DNA from: the human T2T-CHM13v2.0 reference genome, Homo sapiens
Strand: one strand, 5' to 3'
DNA: 64,000 bases
Assembly (NCBI RefSeq): GCF_009914755.1
Contig: NC_060929.1
In this document: positions 21,187 to 37,687 of the stretch, piece by piece
Position numbering within the stretch: position 1 is the first letter of the stretch
Layout: each line of letters opens with the position of its first letter
The notes under the pieces: model-generated
What the model was told of the DNA's origin: nothing
The model's database searches: none
What the model saw: the letters and a program-made list of their open reading frames with translations, nothing else
Position numbers and translations under genes: made by a program

Positions 21187-21205
21187 CGCGAGATTTCCAA
21201 CAGCG

Positions 21206-21210
<5 letters not shown>

Positions 21211-21236
<26 letters not shown>
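21211..21236. repeat. (A)26 homopolymer in the bidirectional promoter
   Basis: Pure A run not attached to an Alu or L1 body. Confidence 0.95.
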
Positions 21237-21304
21237 CGGAAATGGGTCCTACCATCTTCTCGGAGCCGGAGTGCGAAGAAATAAAGAAATAGTGCTTTAA
21301 GTCA

Positions 21305-21346
21305 ATGAATTCCTCCTTGGGACCCACTATCGAGAAACTATCAGTG
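21305..21346 (+). CDS. CCT5: CCT5 alternative upstream first coding exon (MNSSLGPTIEKLSV)
   Basis: ATG at 21305, 14 codons, GTG|gtaacg phase-0 donor compatible with exon 2; matches my recollection of a 520-aa CCT5 isoform. Confidence 0.65.
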
Positions 21347-21454
21347 GTAACGTTTTAAAAAATGACAAATTCAATCTGCTCTTGACTTGTGTGTCCTAAG
21401 ATTTCCACTAAGTGTCTTCAAACCTCCCCCTCCCCGGCTTCCTGGATAATAGAA

Positions 21455-21486
21455 GTTCCCGAAGGCCGCCGATTCCAGAAGATACT
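21455..21486. promoter_or_regulatory. Candidate heat-shock elements upstream of CCT5
   Basis: gTTCccGAAg (21455) and aTTCcaGAAgaTACt (21472-21486); nGAAn inverted units, one imperfect. Confidence 0.45.
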
Positions 21487-21512
21487 GTCTGGCGTGAAAT
21501 TAGTCTCAGTAG

Positions 21513-21926
<414 letters not shown>

Positions 21927-23749
21927 TAATCCTGGGCTCGGAATGTGGGGGCCAGCCAGGCTGGGCCGCCAGCGCCCTTCGGAGCTGGGTGGGGCCGCTC
22001 AGTCCGGTCGCCCGCGGGAGCAAAGCGGGACCGCCTCCCCGCCCGGCTCCTCCAGCCTGACGGCCGCGTGGGACTGCGCTCCAGTGGGAGGGCGCCGGGG
22101 AGATGCTCTGTCACCTGTCGGTTAAGGCGCTGCTGCTTAACCTTTCGCTGGTCCACCCGCAACGGCCCTTCCGTTTTCTTTGTCACTCGTAAAGGTGTGG
22201 TCACTTAACAGGGTATTTCATTTCTGAGTGCTTTTTTGCCCACCCTTGAGGAAAAATAGCGAAGAGTGAAAAACGGACGCACATAACCGTAATACAAGGT
22301 GGTGTGCAGTGAGAAGGACAGCTACGGAGAGGGTGCACATAAGCGTGGTGCTGGAGGACAGCTTTAGATCGGGGTGAGAGGTAGCATTCTAGGGAGAGGA
22401 AACGGTAGAAGTAAAGGCTTGGGCAAGAATGCGCATGGCACGTTGTAGAATGGAAGAGCCATCCGGTTTTAATGGAGCACTGACTTCTTTAACTTACAAT
22501 AGTTCCCGAAGGTGGAAGCTATTGAATGCCCAACATGGAAAATACGACGTTATCTTTAGGGAAGAAGGGGAGCCATTGAGGGGGTTTTGAGCAGAATTTC
22601 AGTAGAGCTGCACTTCAGGCAGCAAAGCTTGAGATAGACCGAAGGGAATAAGGAAGACCAGAGGGGTTAAAGAAACCAGGGCAGGGGTGCAGGTAAGAAA
22701 CATCTGAGCACCAGACGTTGACAGAAAATGCAGAGGAAGGGACACTCCGAGAGGGCCTTCAGGGTTTGTTATAAAGTGAATTCATAATAGACCATTCCAC
22801 TAGGTCTCTCAGGTGTCCCTGTTCACTTAGTGTCTTGGAGGTTTACTTACGCAAAGTTAGAAACAATACAGTTCCCCTATGGACTCTTTGTTTGACTTAG
22901 TGCTAGTTACACAACCTCGCGGAACCTCCTTTTCCAGGGGGAGGTGATAGGCCTCCGTCAAGCTGAAGACTTGACAGTGATATTAAATGGAGTGACTTAG
23001 AGGGGCTGCACAGTGGTTGATCCACGGTAGGCACTCAGTATTTGTTTCCTTTCTAGAAAGAAAAAGTTTCAAGCTAATTGTATTATGTATTCCATTTTAT
23101 TTTCCACTTAACAGGGACCTGCAGAGAAAATAACATCCAATACACACACCTGGTGTAACAACATAACTAAAACTAGGTTGTTTTGCATCAGCCATTTTGT
23201 TCTAACTGCATGCATTTGTGCCCAGAAGTCGCACACTCTGAGACAGGGTTATTTTACAAAACTGGGGACTTGGGCCCAGAGCAGTTGAGAAATTGTTCTG
23301 AAGAGCAATTGCTACTAAAGAGCATTACCATGGTCAGGGCCACCGCTGTCAGAGTCAAAGCCAGTGATCTAGAGCAGCATTCTCAAGTTTGGCATATTGA
23401 CATTCGAGGTCGGATCATTCTTTGCTGTGGGAGCTCATTTGGACAGTAACCTGGGTGTTTAAGTCTCTTAAAAGAGTTGGATGCTGTTGGTAGGCATCCT
23501 GTGAGTGTTGAGGCTCAGCAGTTTAGGGATATACACTTGCTCCCTGACCTCATAGAACGTCCAGCTAACTTGAAGAACCAAAATATATGGAAATTGAAGG
23601 CAACGGTAAAAGAAATGTATAGGCCAGGACGTGAACGTTTTAATGGTAATGGTCACAGTTCTTTCTCTCTGGTCATTTAGAGCCTTAAAGGTAATATGTA
23701 TTTTGTTGAGATTCTTCACTTGTTTAACACTTAACTGTATAATATTTCA

Positions 23750-24049
<300 letters not shown>

Positions 24050-24521
24050 TTATGCCTTGATGTTTGATACTCTTCCCTCTGGAAACACACAGAACTAGCA
24101 GAAGGAAGAAAAAGGTTTTTTCCACGTTGCCGAGCAGTAGGGCAAAATAGATCTCGGGATTTCGGGATCTCTCCTATTTGCCAAATTCTTTACATCCTTT
24201 TCTTTCTGCCTCTTGCTTTCTCCTTAAAAATAATAATAATAATAATTCTATTACTCAATTTGGTAGCTAAATGTGAAAAAAAAAACAGGTAACTTTTTTA
24301 TTATCACTTTGACAGCTACTTACCTTCCTTAAGAGGGCCAGTTTCAGCCGGGCATGGTTGCTCAAACCTGTAATCCTGGCACTTTGGGCAGCCAAGGCAG
24401 GTGGATCACCTGAGGTCAGGAGTTAAAGACCAGCCTGGCCAACATGGCAAAACCCTGTCTCTACTGAAAATACAAAAAAAAATGAGCAGGGCGTCATGGC
24501 GCATGCCTGTAATCCCAGCTA

Positions 24522-24662
<141 letters not shown>

Positions 24663-25026
24663 CTATAAATATAATTATTGGGATTTCAGGTGGGTGGAGG
24701 AAGATTTTTAAAGCAAGAGCAGTTTTTATTTTTATTTTGTAATGGGGTCTCGCCATGTTTCCCAGGCTGATCTCAAACTCCTGGCCTCAAGCAATCCTCC
24801 TGCCTCAGCCTCCCAAGTAGGGGGGGTTGCAGGCTCTAGTACTGCATCCAGCTCAAAAGATTACAATTCTGCAGTAAATCATAGTGTGACAGTAAGGTGT
24901 TGTATGTTTACAGTTGGACTGTTTCTCATGAGTACAGGCCCCTCCTTGTCTGCAGATGGGGAACCCGCAGATGTACAAGCCTAGATGCAAGGGACTTGAG
25001 CATCTGTGAATTTGGGTATCCTCGGG

Positions 25027-25112
25027 GGCTCCTGGAACCTGTTCCCCATGGATGCTCAGGGAGAACTGTGGCTCCTGGAACCAATTCCCCATGGATGCTC
25101 AGGGAGGACTGT
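25027..25112. repeat. 2 x 43 bp tandem duplication of a Tigger3/MER7-like terminus
   Basis: ggctcctggaacc(tg/aa)ttccccatggatgctcaggga(ga/gg)actgt twice. Confidence 0.9.
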
Positions 25113-25447
25113 GTTGCACAGTGGTCTTGCAACGCCTGTAAGGTCATAGTCATACTGTCCCTCTTCTCAGCTGTAAATGGGCTGGTAAAAGAATCTGTCT
25201 CATTAATGTGTTGAAAATTCAGTGAGATAACACAAAGCACTTGGTTCTCTTTCTTTACGTAAGAATTGCTTATTAAAACTGGAGTCGTAAATGTTATAAT
25301 ACTTAAATCTGTCTGTTGCCCCTTAAATGTAGAAGCTTCTAGACAATAGAAACTAAGTCATAAGTGATTTTTGTAGTCATCAGATGTGTGCTTTTAACCA
25401 TTGAAATTATATGTAACAGTGTTTGCTTTTTCTGTTTGTTTCATTAG

Positions 25448-25508
25448 TCTCATATAATGGCAGCAAAGGCTGTAGCAAATACAATGAGAACATCACTTGG
25501 ACCAAATG
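25448..25508 (+). CDS. CCT5: CCT5 exon 2
   Basis: tag|TCTCAT...AATG|gtaag, 61 nt; SHIMAAKAVANTMRTSLGPN. Confidence 0.97.
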
Positions 25509-25927
25509 GTAAGAGTCCACCATTCCGTGTTTTTTAGCAAAAGATTTAAATTATAAAACTGTCAATATAAACCTCTCTACAGAAAGGTGGAGTATTGAGG
25601 GGAGGCATCTTACTTCCTTAACACAGCCAAAATTTTTTAGTGTATTTCAGGTTTCTTAAACATGGTTATAATCGTGTGCAATATTAGGTCGGACCTTTTT
25701 TTTTTTTTTTTTAGCATGTAACATCATTTCATTAGCATTTTCCAAATCATAGTTGTCTTTTGAGATTAACATTATACTTAATGATGCTCCATAATGTTTT
25801 GCCAATTATGTTAGCCAATCTAAAAATGCCTTCATGCAGCTACTATTTTGTGTATGTTGCATTATTTGTATATAATAAATTGCACAGATAAGAGCTGGGT
25901 CAGGAGGTCTTGTTTTATAGTTTGTGA

Positions 25928-26185
<258 letters not shown>

Positions 26186-27237
26186 TAAGACCACAGGGCT
26201 AACATGCCTGCCGAGATTGTTGTCTCTGAATCAGAGCATGAGGAGACAGACAAATCCAAGTTGAAAACATGCTCCAAAACAAATGTCCTGGACTTTCAAA
26301 ACTGACAGTGTTACAAAAGAACAGAAAGAGGGCTGGGGATTGTTAGGCATGGAGAAATGTGTAATGATTGATTGGACACTGATTTTGCTTGTCTTTTAAG
26401 CTATAAAGGATGTTTGGGAAACGTGGAAGAATTTGATTTTGGATCATGTACTGCAATGCTGAGTTTCCTGAGTGATCTGTGACCATTATATTGCAGATGT
26501 GTAGGAGAATGCCCTTCTTCTCAGCTGTATACCTAAATACTTAGGAGTGACATGTCATGGTTTCTGTAACTAATTCTCAAATAGTTGAACAGAAACAGTA
26601 TGTACATGTAGAGAAAATGTGGCAAAATGTTAATAAGTAAACGTATTCATTTTAGTATTGTACCTTTTTTTTCTGAAGATTTGAAATCTTTAAAAAGTTG
26701 GGGAGATTGAAGACAAAATATCAGTAAGGTTACCTTTTCTGCAGATGAAATTTGAATTCATTCAACAAATATTTATTGGATACTATTGTATGCCAAGCAC
26801 TGTTCTCGGTGCGCTTGGAGAGCTGTAGATTTAAACAAAATTCATCTTTGCGACCCTAAAATGAGGAGAAAGGAGGATGGGGGTGGGGGGAATAAATAAT
26901 AAACACATGTTTTAGTCTCATCACCAGGCTGAATTTCACTGAGTAGACCCTGGCCCAGGAAACATAATAGCTTTTTACCTCTTAGAAAAATGTTCTTTTT
27001 ACATTATATTCTTTAGTTACGTTCTTCACATCACTGAGGGTTGAATGTTCATCTGTAAGGGGACACATGTCCTATTCGACCTTCGCTAGAACTAAAACGA
27101 GGCTTTCTTTTAAAAATAGAGGGCTTCTGCCTCTAAGATGACTTGCAGCTTAATTCTAGAAGCTGCTTCTTTCCATGATAGCATCTAACTTGTGCTGATT
27201 ATACTAAAAGTGAAGTTTTGTTGTTTGCCTGAACTGA

Positions 27238-27492
<255 letters not shown>

Positions 27493-29391
27493 TAGAGGAG
27501 GCAGTTTGTTTGCCATTTCTTAAAGGCAACACAAAATGACCACTGGTGGATTTGTATTGATTTGATTATTTGTTTTGATTACTTGGTTTTGCTTTGTTTT
27601 TAATGTAGATGTAGACAGATGCATTTTGTATTTAAGTTGAGAACTGAATTTCTAAGTTCAGGTATAAATCCCCTTGACAATATTTGCAAAATATAGTTAT
27701 TTTAATTTAGCAGAATAGGTTGTGTTAAAAATCAGCTAAGGCTGGATGCAGTGGCTCATACTTGTAATCTCAGCACTTTAGGAGGCCAAAGCAGTAGCTT
27801 GCCAGAGCTCAGGAATTGAAGACCAGCCAGGGCAATGTAGTGGGACCCCATCGCTACAAAACAAAAAACTAGCCAGGCATGGTAGCACACACTTCAGCAA
27901 CTCCAGAGGCTGAGATGAGAGGTCGAGGCTGCAGCAAGCCATGATCATGCCACTGCACTCCAGCGTGAGCAACAGAGCGAGACCCTGTCTCAAAAAAAAA
28001 AAAAAAAGTCAACTAGAAAGGGTCCTACCTGGAGGATATGTGAATTTTCTTAACACTTCTTTCTATAATTTCTTTGCTGGGGAGCCACTGGGGGTGGATT
28101 CCACTTTTTATTCAGCAAATTGCCGATCCAAAATTATAATTTAGTAAAGAGAGTCTTGAAAGCAACTTGTCTCTGGTGTTTTCAGCGTTCGTGTAATGTC
28201 CGTTTGCCAGGCTTACTGCCAGGTCTTATGGGCACTAAGACACAGCTCTTCTCCCAGGAGACTCTAAGCAACCTCAGCCAAGGGGTGCGCTGATTATGTA
28301 CAATGCCAAAGACTTAAGGTCTGTTGCCGTAATATAACATAAAAATCCAGTGTAAGCTGCTTTATTACATTATATTAAATCAGTGAGAGATGTTTTCAAT
28401 TGTGTGCTTGTGGTGGTTTTAGCAAAAAGGAATGAGGGATCTTCTAAACTCAGAGTAGTCAGGGAAAATGCAGGAAAAGTGTCTGCTTCTGTTGCCTTTT
28501 CCCCTGAGCAAAGCCTATGTTAGAGCAGAAGCCTTCAGCAATGCCTGCTGTCCTCCTCTAACCACAGATCTCAGCAGAGACTAGCTCCCTAGGCAAGAGT
28601 GAGTACCCTAGGGGTAGCCTCTTGTCACAAGTATAACACTTATTTTCTCATGAAAGGAGGACATCATCATTACTTGAAGTGTACAAATCAGTTTTCTTGT
28701 TGCTTTATAAGTTGGCCTTGTTCTGTTTGCAAGTATTAAGTCATCTACTTAAGATACAACATGTTTACTTTCATGGTTCTCTTTTATAGATAACCTGTGA
28801 TTTCAGACATTATTTCAAGTGCTAGGTTTCCCTAGTTGTTTTTCTTGGCTCAAAAATTAATTTATTGAACTGTCTATTCACATGTTTCAAAGCTTTCAAA
28901 AAGGTAACACCCTCCATCTATAATGGATGTTGTGGTGAATTCTTGGAAAGTTTAAATGCCCTGTCCAGTCCTTTCAGTTCCTGGTTAGTGCTACACTTCA
29001 TTGAGATAAGAGTGACTTTTCCTGAGTGATTACTTACCTTTCCCATTCTGTTCTGAACTTGTAAAATAGTAACAGTATTCTGTAAAAGTGCTGCATTCTA
29101 AGAATACCTTAATTCATGCCAGACTACAGTGGTTTCTTGAGTACATTCATAATGGAAGGAAATAGTAAATTTCAGAGTTAGCGAAAATAAAGATGTAATT
29201 TTTTCCTATCTAAGTATACAGTCCCCTTTAGGGCCCATGGATCACAGGTTAAGAATCTGCCCCAGACTGTTGAAAATGCAGGTTGAGATGGCATTCCCCT
29301 CTAGAAGACTCAAAACATCATTTGATTTATATCTTTGAGTAACATTGTGTTATGTGGCCTGCTTTGGTTGCAGTAATTGTGAAACCAATGA

Positions 29392-29646
<255 letters not shown>

Positions 29647-29692
29647 TAACTCTTAATTCCACCAATTAAAATGTCTTTATGTTCCCCCATAG

Positions 29693-29872
<180 letters not shown>

Positions 29873-30193
29873 TAAACTCCCAAAGGGTACAGTTAGTTAG
29901 GTTTGGTTAGTAAATATGTGTAGTCTTTCTTCAGTTCTAAAACATACACAGGAAAAAACCAAATTGCATAGAAAGGCATAAACAGGGAAGAATTCTAATT
30001 TTGTCTTAAAATGGTAGCGTGTTCAGGCCAGGTGCAGTGGCCATGCCTATAATCCCAGCACTTTGGGAGGCTAAGGCAGGCAGATCGTGAGATCATCGAG
30101 ACCATCTGACTAACACGGTGAAACGCCATTTCTACTAAAAACACAAAAAATTAGCCAGGCATGGTGGCAGGCACCTATAGTCCTAGCTACTCA

Positions 30194-30409
<216 letters not shown>

Positions 30410-32048
30410 TTACCTTGCCTTTAAGATTTCTGACTATACCTTTTAGGCAAGAGTTAATGAGTAACTGGAGTTAAACCAGAATGCACTCATAGTAATCCCA
30501 GTTCTTTGCTCAGTTAAGTCTAGTTTGGGTTCATGAATACCTTAGCGTAGGTGTGCTTTCTCTCTGATGTAGCAACTCCTCTTTGGGGGCTCCGTCCTTG
30601 GGAGTTGAAAACACCAGTACTCAAGAAGACAGGAACGTGGGTTGGTTAGGGTATTATTTATCATAGCAAACCAACTAGAGACTATTTTCATGTCTGTTCT
30701 TGGGAAAGTTGTTGAATGTACTCATTGATGATACAGTTCTTGGTGCCTACGACATACCAGGCTCTGTTGTAGGCACTAAAGGTACAGCAGGGAATGAAGC
30801 CAAGCTCGTGCTCTTGAGACACAGATAAGAGAAAGGTGGGTACAGCTCCATTACAGACACTGGTCAGAGACGTGACCTGTAAGGAGAGGCCAACATAGGG
30901 TGAGAGCAGTGCCCCTGGGGGAGGAGCATTCCAGGCTGAGGACAGATAGGGATGCTCCTGAGCCAGGAACATTGTTGGCTTGTACAAGGAAGAGCCAGCC
31001 TCAGGGATTGAAGCATGCTGGCGGGAGCTTATAAATAAAAGGCCATCATCTGGGCCGGTGGGACAGTGTTCATGAGAATGGTGCCTCAGCTGTGCTGGGG
31101 GGCCACAGATAAATTGAGAGGCCAGGGATGTTACTGGATCGTGCTGGTGAGGCGCAGGTTGCTGAGAATGAGAAGGGAATGACGCTGGGGCTAGAAGCTA
31201 AAATGTTAAAGAATGAGAGGCAGGGACCCAAAGAGGAACACTGCAGGTGACTGAGGAGCAAGAAGGACCCTCTCCTGTTCTGAGCATGTGAGAGGGAAAG
31301 CAGCTGCCATCTGAGGAGGGTTGCAGGGGCAGGTTGGTTTTCCGGGGTTGTGACGGAGAGATTGTATAAGGAGGCTGCTGTTCTGGACTGAGTTCCAGAG
31401 GGTCAGGGAAGGAAGAGAGGGAGAGCCAGGCAGTAGCAGGTGGCCTGGGAGGCCTGATGGAGACAGGTAAGCCAGAGTTGTGGGGCACGGTGTGGCAGTC
31501 CCAGGTGAGCACCAGAGGTGGGGTGGGCAGCCTGATCGTTGCCCTCCTAATTGGGAAAAGTGACTTTGCCATTTGCAGGTCGGGGTGAGGGTGCTTCTTA
31601 CTGGAAGCAGGGTTGCCTCTGTGAGTGCCCGAATTAGTTTATGGATCCACTGAGGATTGTCCACTCAGGTGAGACAGTCAAGTTGCAAGTGGTTCATAAC
31701 ATTGTTTGTTTAAAACATACTCAGGTGAAACTACTCTGTAGGTGTTTGTGACAGGACAGAGCTGTTAGCCGTTTCCCCATGGTTGGGGAAGGGTGTTAGC
31801 TTTGTTGACGTTTCTGTGGGTTTTGCCTCACTGTAACAATAGGGTTCAGCATGAATTACTGCTTGTGGTTTTTAAAGCATAAACAATGAGGTGATCCCCA
31901 TTGATAAAATATTCACTATTTAGAATTTGGAACTGACAGAAAAGTGGACACTTGTCTATTTCCTTCCTTCTCTTTCCTTTGCTTTTGTGTTTGAGTGCAC
32001 CTGCCTTACACCCAACTGTGCCTCTCCTTTTTTCAAACATTGTAATGA

Positions 32049-32234
<186 letters not shown>

Positions 32235-32867
32235 TGAAGAGACTTTGAGAAGTAGGGGTTCATCTTATGTGTTGAGGGGTGTTTTGATAGCCCTGCCTTA
32301 AATAACTGCATCACACCAAGGCTGGCAGATGAGGGGAGGGTGAGCTGGGAGAGAGGAAAGCGCTGGAATCTTTGTTACTGTTTGGATAACAGTGCTGTGT
32401 GTTTCTGGTGTTCCCTGGCATTTTGAAATTCTCTCCCTGTGTTGTGTCACTTGGCCCTGTCGTTGACTTACTAAGGCTGGAAGACCTGGTCTCATCCAAA
32501 TACTAATGGCAGTCCCAGGCAACGGTGCCTCGGTGGTTCTCACTGCAGCGCAGTGCAAGGAACATGCAGGCTGGGTTCCCAGAGTGAGGGAGGGCTGCAC
32601 AGAGGGGAGATGAGGGTATGAGCTTAGGGCACGGGCGCCGGGTGATAGATCTGGGCAGCACCAAAGCCCCAATCAAGACGTCCAGCTCAAGAGCCTTGTT
32701 ACCTAGCAAGGTGCTTTGGGTTGAACTGGAGATGTCTTGGTCAAAGTGGGGCAGCAGTTCTAGTGAACAAGTTGGTCTTAGATCAAGTTTTGCTCATTTG
32801 TGGCCCAGTTTTGAAAGTTAACTTCACCAGTACTGTCTTCATCCTTCTCCCTGACCACCCCAATTAG

Positions 32868-33176
<309 letters not shown>

Positions 33177-33788
33177 TGACGTATCATGGTGTAAAATTAC
33201 TGAAGACCATGTTAAATTGTTAATTTCACAAGGCACATTTGCCTTTCTGCTGTCCCTTAGAGTATACAATATACACTATGAGATTTTTATATCTTTTTAA
33301 ATACTTAAACACAGTTTAAATATTCAAGTCCTGGATTTTAGAATGTTTGATACGGTTACATTAGGGGTTGGTTAAACTGCTAGCCCTAGCAACATAAGAC
33401 TCATTTTAATTACAATATGGTATTATTACCAAGGATGACTTACATCTGTCCCTTAGGTAGAAAAAGGGAACCCAAGTGAATAACCATTGACGATCTCTGT
33501 TCTTTGAGAATGAGTTTTTAGCACATTGTGATAAATCTTTGCAAGTTTTGTCAGTTTTTGATTCTTGCTTGACCGTGTATCCTAGAATGAGTCACTGGCC
33601 ACCTCTGCCTCTTGAATTTTGTTAACTACATTGCAGGAAGGAAAGCTAGAAAGATAAATATTATCCGATAGTGGAGGCCATCTAAATATTAGAGCACAGC
33701 CTCTCTGTCTTTAAAAAGGTGCCAGATACTTGGCTCTAAATTGACTAGATCTTGATCACATTAATTCAGGCAAAGCTGTTTTCCTTAG

Positions 33789-33968
<180 letters not shown>

Positions 33969-34441
33969 TGATGGTGGAGACTGTGAAGCTGCGGAACAGC
34001 GAGGTGCTGGATGCAAAACAAGCATCGTGAGCTGTGTGTAGGTGACAGGTGTTTTAATCTAAGTTAATTCCCACGTTCCTGTATTCAGATTCTGGTTACC
34101 ATAACCTAGCATTTCTCAGCTGTTTTCAGCCAGTTCGTCCTTGAAATAATAAATCTATAGTCTTTTAATGTTATTTGAAATTCAAAATTAATATTATAAC
34201 TTAAAAATAAAGCCATAAGAGCTGCTGTATTTTGAGCCATCTCTCACATGTATGTATACCCTCTGCCTGTATTCTGTGGTGACATTATAATATTCTGATA
34301 GATACAAAAATAAAGACAGCCTGTTCTTACAATTCTTTGTGAGCTGACTTTTCAAAGTATGTGATACAGTTGTGTTTTCACGGTGCCGCTGGGTTGTTTT
34401 GTTTCGCCAAGTGCACTCACCATACTTCTGTACCTTTCCAG

Positions 34442-34622
34442 TGCCCCACCTTAGAACAGTATGCCATGAGAGCGTTTGCCGACGCACTGGAGGTCATCCC
34501 CATGGCCCTCTCTGAAAACAGTGGCATGAATCCCATCCAGACTATGACCGAAGTCCGAGCCAGACAGGTGAAGGAGATGAACCCTGCTCTTGGCATCGAC
34601 TGTTTGCACAAGGGGACAAATG
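34442..34622 (+). CDS. CCT5: CCT5 exon 10
   Basis: cag|TGCCCC...AATG|gtgag, 181 nt; [20 protein letters not shown]. Confidence 0.97.
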
Positions 34623-35335
34623 GTGAGGAGCTGTCACGCCTCTGCGTGGGGAGGGGTGTCTGATTTAAACTGAATAATCATCCACTGTATGTGCTGTGAG
34701 ATGATGGTGTCTTTTTAAATATGTAAGCCCACTTCAGGTGTTCAAGTCCTGAATTTTAGAATGTTTGATTGCCGTAGGAATTGGTTAGACTACTAGACCT
34801 AGCAACATAAGACTCATTGTAATAACAGTAAAGTGCATATGGTACTATCACCAAAGATGACTTAGGTTTTAATCTCTGGTTTTGGGGAAGTAATGCCTTA
34901 TTGCTGTTTTTACACAAATGTCTGTCAGTGGGCAGCATATATATAACAGCTCTGAAGTGGGCTTTAGTTCACAGTTCACTGTGTGGTTAATCCTGCACAC
35001 TGTGGAGTGTTTTCTAAATGTAATATATAACCTCTGTAGCCACTTGTGTAGCTCGGCTCCCAAAAAGATATGATGGCTGTAGCTTGTTGAAACAGTGGTC
35101 TCAGGCATTTCTGTACTAAATCAGGCCATGTCTGTAATCCATCCACAGAATGACAGCTTTTGCTTAAAGGTATAGGTACATTCTGCTTTCCATGCTCAAA
35201 TTCCAAGGGTTTCAATAGTAGCAACTCTTTGTGAGGCAAACATTTAATGTTTCTAACTTGAATGCCTGGTTGTGCTCAAATTTAGCATTTCTAGGGCCGG
35301 GCGCAGTGACTCATGTCTGTAATCCCAGCACTTTA

Positions 35336-35614
<279 letters not shown>

Positions 35615-35940
35615 TTACATTTCAGCTGTGGTCAGATGGACTTACTTTAGATTTCCTAAGTTAGGGTATGGATACTTTGTGGGATAAGATGTTCCTGAAA
35701 AATGTCACCCTGTAGCTAGTCATTGAAGACAGTGCCCTCCCAACAGCTCTCTTTACCAGGTGCGAGTTCCAGAGTGTCCTTGGAAGTAATGAAATTACAT
35801 TCATCTGAAAATGAAATATAACTGAAATTAGTGGCTTCCTGCTTGGCTTCCAGGAGTTTGTATTTCTTAAGTCTTACTGTGATTCCCTAAATCAGAAAGA
35901 GTTGGTTATTGATAGTTTATTGTATGCTATTTTAGGATAA

Positions 35941-36090
<150 letters not shown>

Positions 36091-36206
36091 AGACATTGAG
36101 AAAACTATGTAGCAAGATCCACTTCTGTGATTAAGTAAATGGATGTCTCGTGATGCGTCTACAGTTATTTATTGTTACATCCTTTTCCAGACACTGTAGA
36201 TGCTAT

Positions 36207-36371
36207 AATAAAAATAGCTGTTTGGTAACCATAGTTTCACTTGTTCAAAGCTGTGTAATCGTGGGGGTACTATCTCAACTGCTTTTGTATTCATTGTATT
36301 AAAAGAATCTGTTTAAACAACCTTTATCTTCTCTTCGGGTTTAAGAAACGTTTATTGTAACAGTAATTAAA
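36207..36371 (+). terminator. CCT5 proximal polyadenylation signals
   Basis: AATAAA 36207-36212, ATTAAA 36298-36303 and 36366-36371, with downstream GU/U-rich tracts. Confidence 0.7.
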
Positions 36372-37681
36372 TGCTGCCTTAATTGAAGGGGTTTGGGTGG
36401 ATTTTTTTTTCTCAAAATAAGCTGTAGGGACTATTTTAACAGCTTAAACAGGAGCTCTCAAGATGCACTTTTGTATTGAGAGGAATATGGGCTTGATCCT
36501 CTTCCTATCTAAATGGGTGGGCCATTTGATTGTAGAGGGTCCACCACAGAATTATGGGATGCCTTAAGTGCTGTTACTAGGTTGCTCACAGCCTAACCTG
36601 GCGTGTTGTTTAGGGCTGATGGAGACCCATGTGAGCCTTTGCTTTCCTCTGGCCCCAGCCCCACCCTGAACACAGCTCATACGCAGAATCAGGACCAGCA
36701 TGTGCAGAGCTGGCCACCAGCACAGGCTTAGGGCAGTTCAGAACCCACTTGTTTCCCTATCAGAGGGACACAGTGAAGTGGAGGTTAAAGTAAATTACAG
36801 GAAATAAGGGAGAAATCTTGCAGTTACCATGTTCAGATAGAGTGACTGAAATTAATTGTACTTACTAAAGTATTAACTAGCTAACAGTGATGGGCCAAGA
36901 CGCTCCGAGAACTGTACCGGGATTGTCTGTTCTGACAACCCAGTGAGGCAGATACACTTTCTTACTGCTCACATCTTACAGGTGAGTACTCATAATTGGC
37001 CAGCATCTCACCACCAGCAAGTAGTAGGGCCAGGTCAATCCCAGGCAGTCTGACCCCAGAGTGGCCCAGCTCATCCCCTACTCTATTCTGTTATTTGCTT
37101 GTTAATGATTCTCTAGATTTTCTAAAATAATGTTTCTTAGCATTGTGATGATAAAGCTCATGATGAACTTTATCACTAGTTATGCCACCTTAACTAGTCA
37201 GATTTCCTAGAATTAGGAAATGGTGACTCTTGTCTAAATTTGGTTAAGTGATGAATTTGGGTTACCTTCTCATGTGAACCTGGAGATTCACCAGTCTTAA
37301 CTTTTGGGTCATTGTGTTTTCTCTACATTCATGCATTGGATGTTTTGCTAAATAACTCCTGTGGATTTAGGAATGTGTGCTAATAGCAATCTTCCTAATT
37401 TTCATGTTTATATGGAACTATGCAGTTGAGTATTGAAAGCTTTAAACTGAGTTTATTTACAAGGACTGAGTCTAGCCTACAGAGAACATACAGCAGCCTT
37501 CTTTGGACCACAGTCTTATCCGAGGGGTCTGTGGTTGTATCAGAAGAGCCACTAAACCAATCCCCCTTTCCAAAATTGAACCTCACAGACGTTCCTGTTT
37601 TTTGTGATTGAGAAACTGGTCAATGAACAGGAAGACTTAGAGATGTTTCACAAGCCTTTGATTTTTGTTTCATTTATTTGT

Positions 37682-37687
37682 AATAAA
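37682..37687 (+). terminator. CCT5 distal polyadenylation signal (long 3'UTR)
   Basis: TGTA-AATAAA-like context (tgtAATAAA) followed by U-rich tcttttattttt. Confidence 0.6.
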
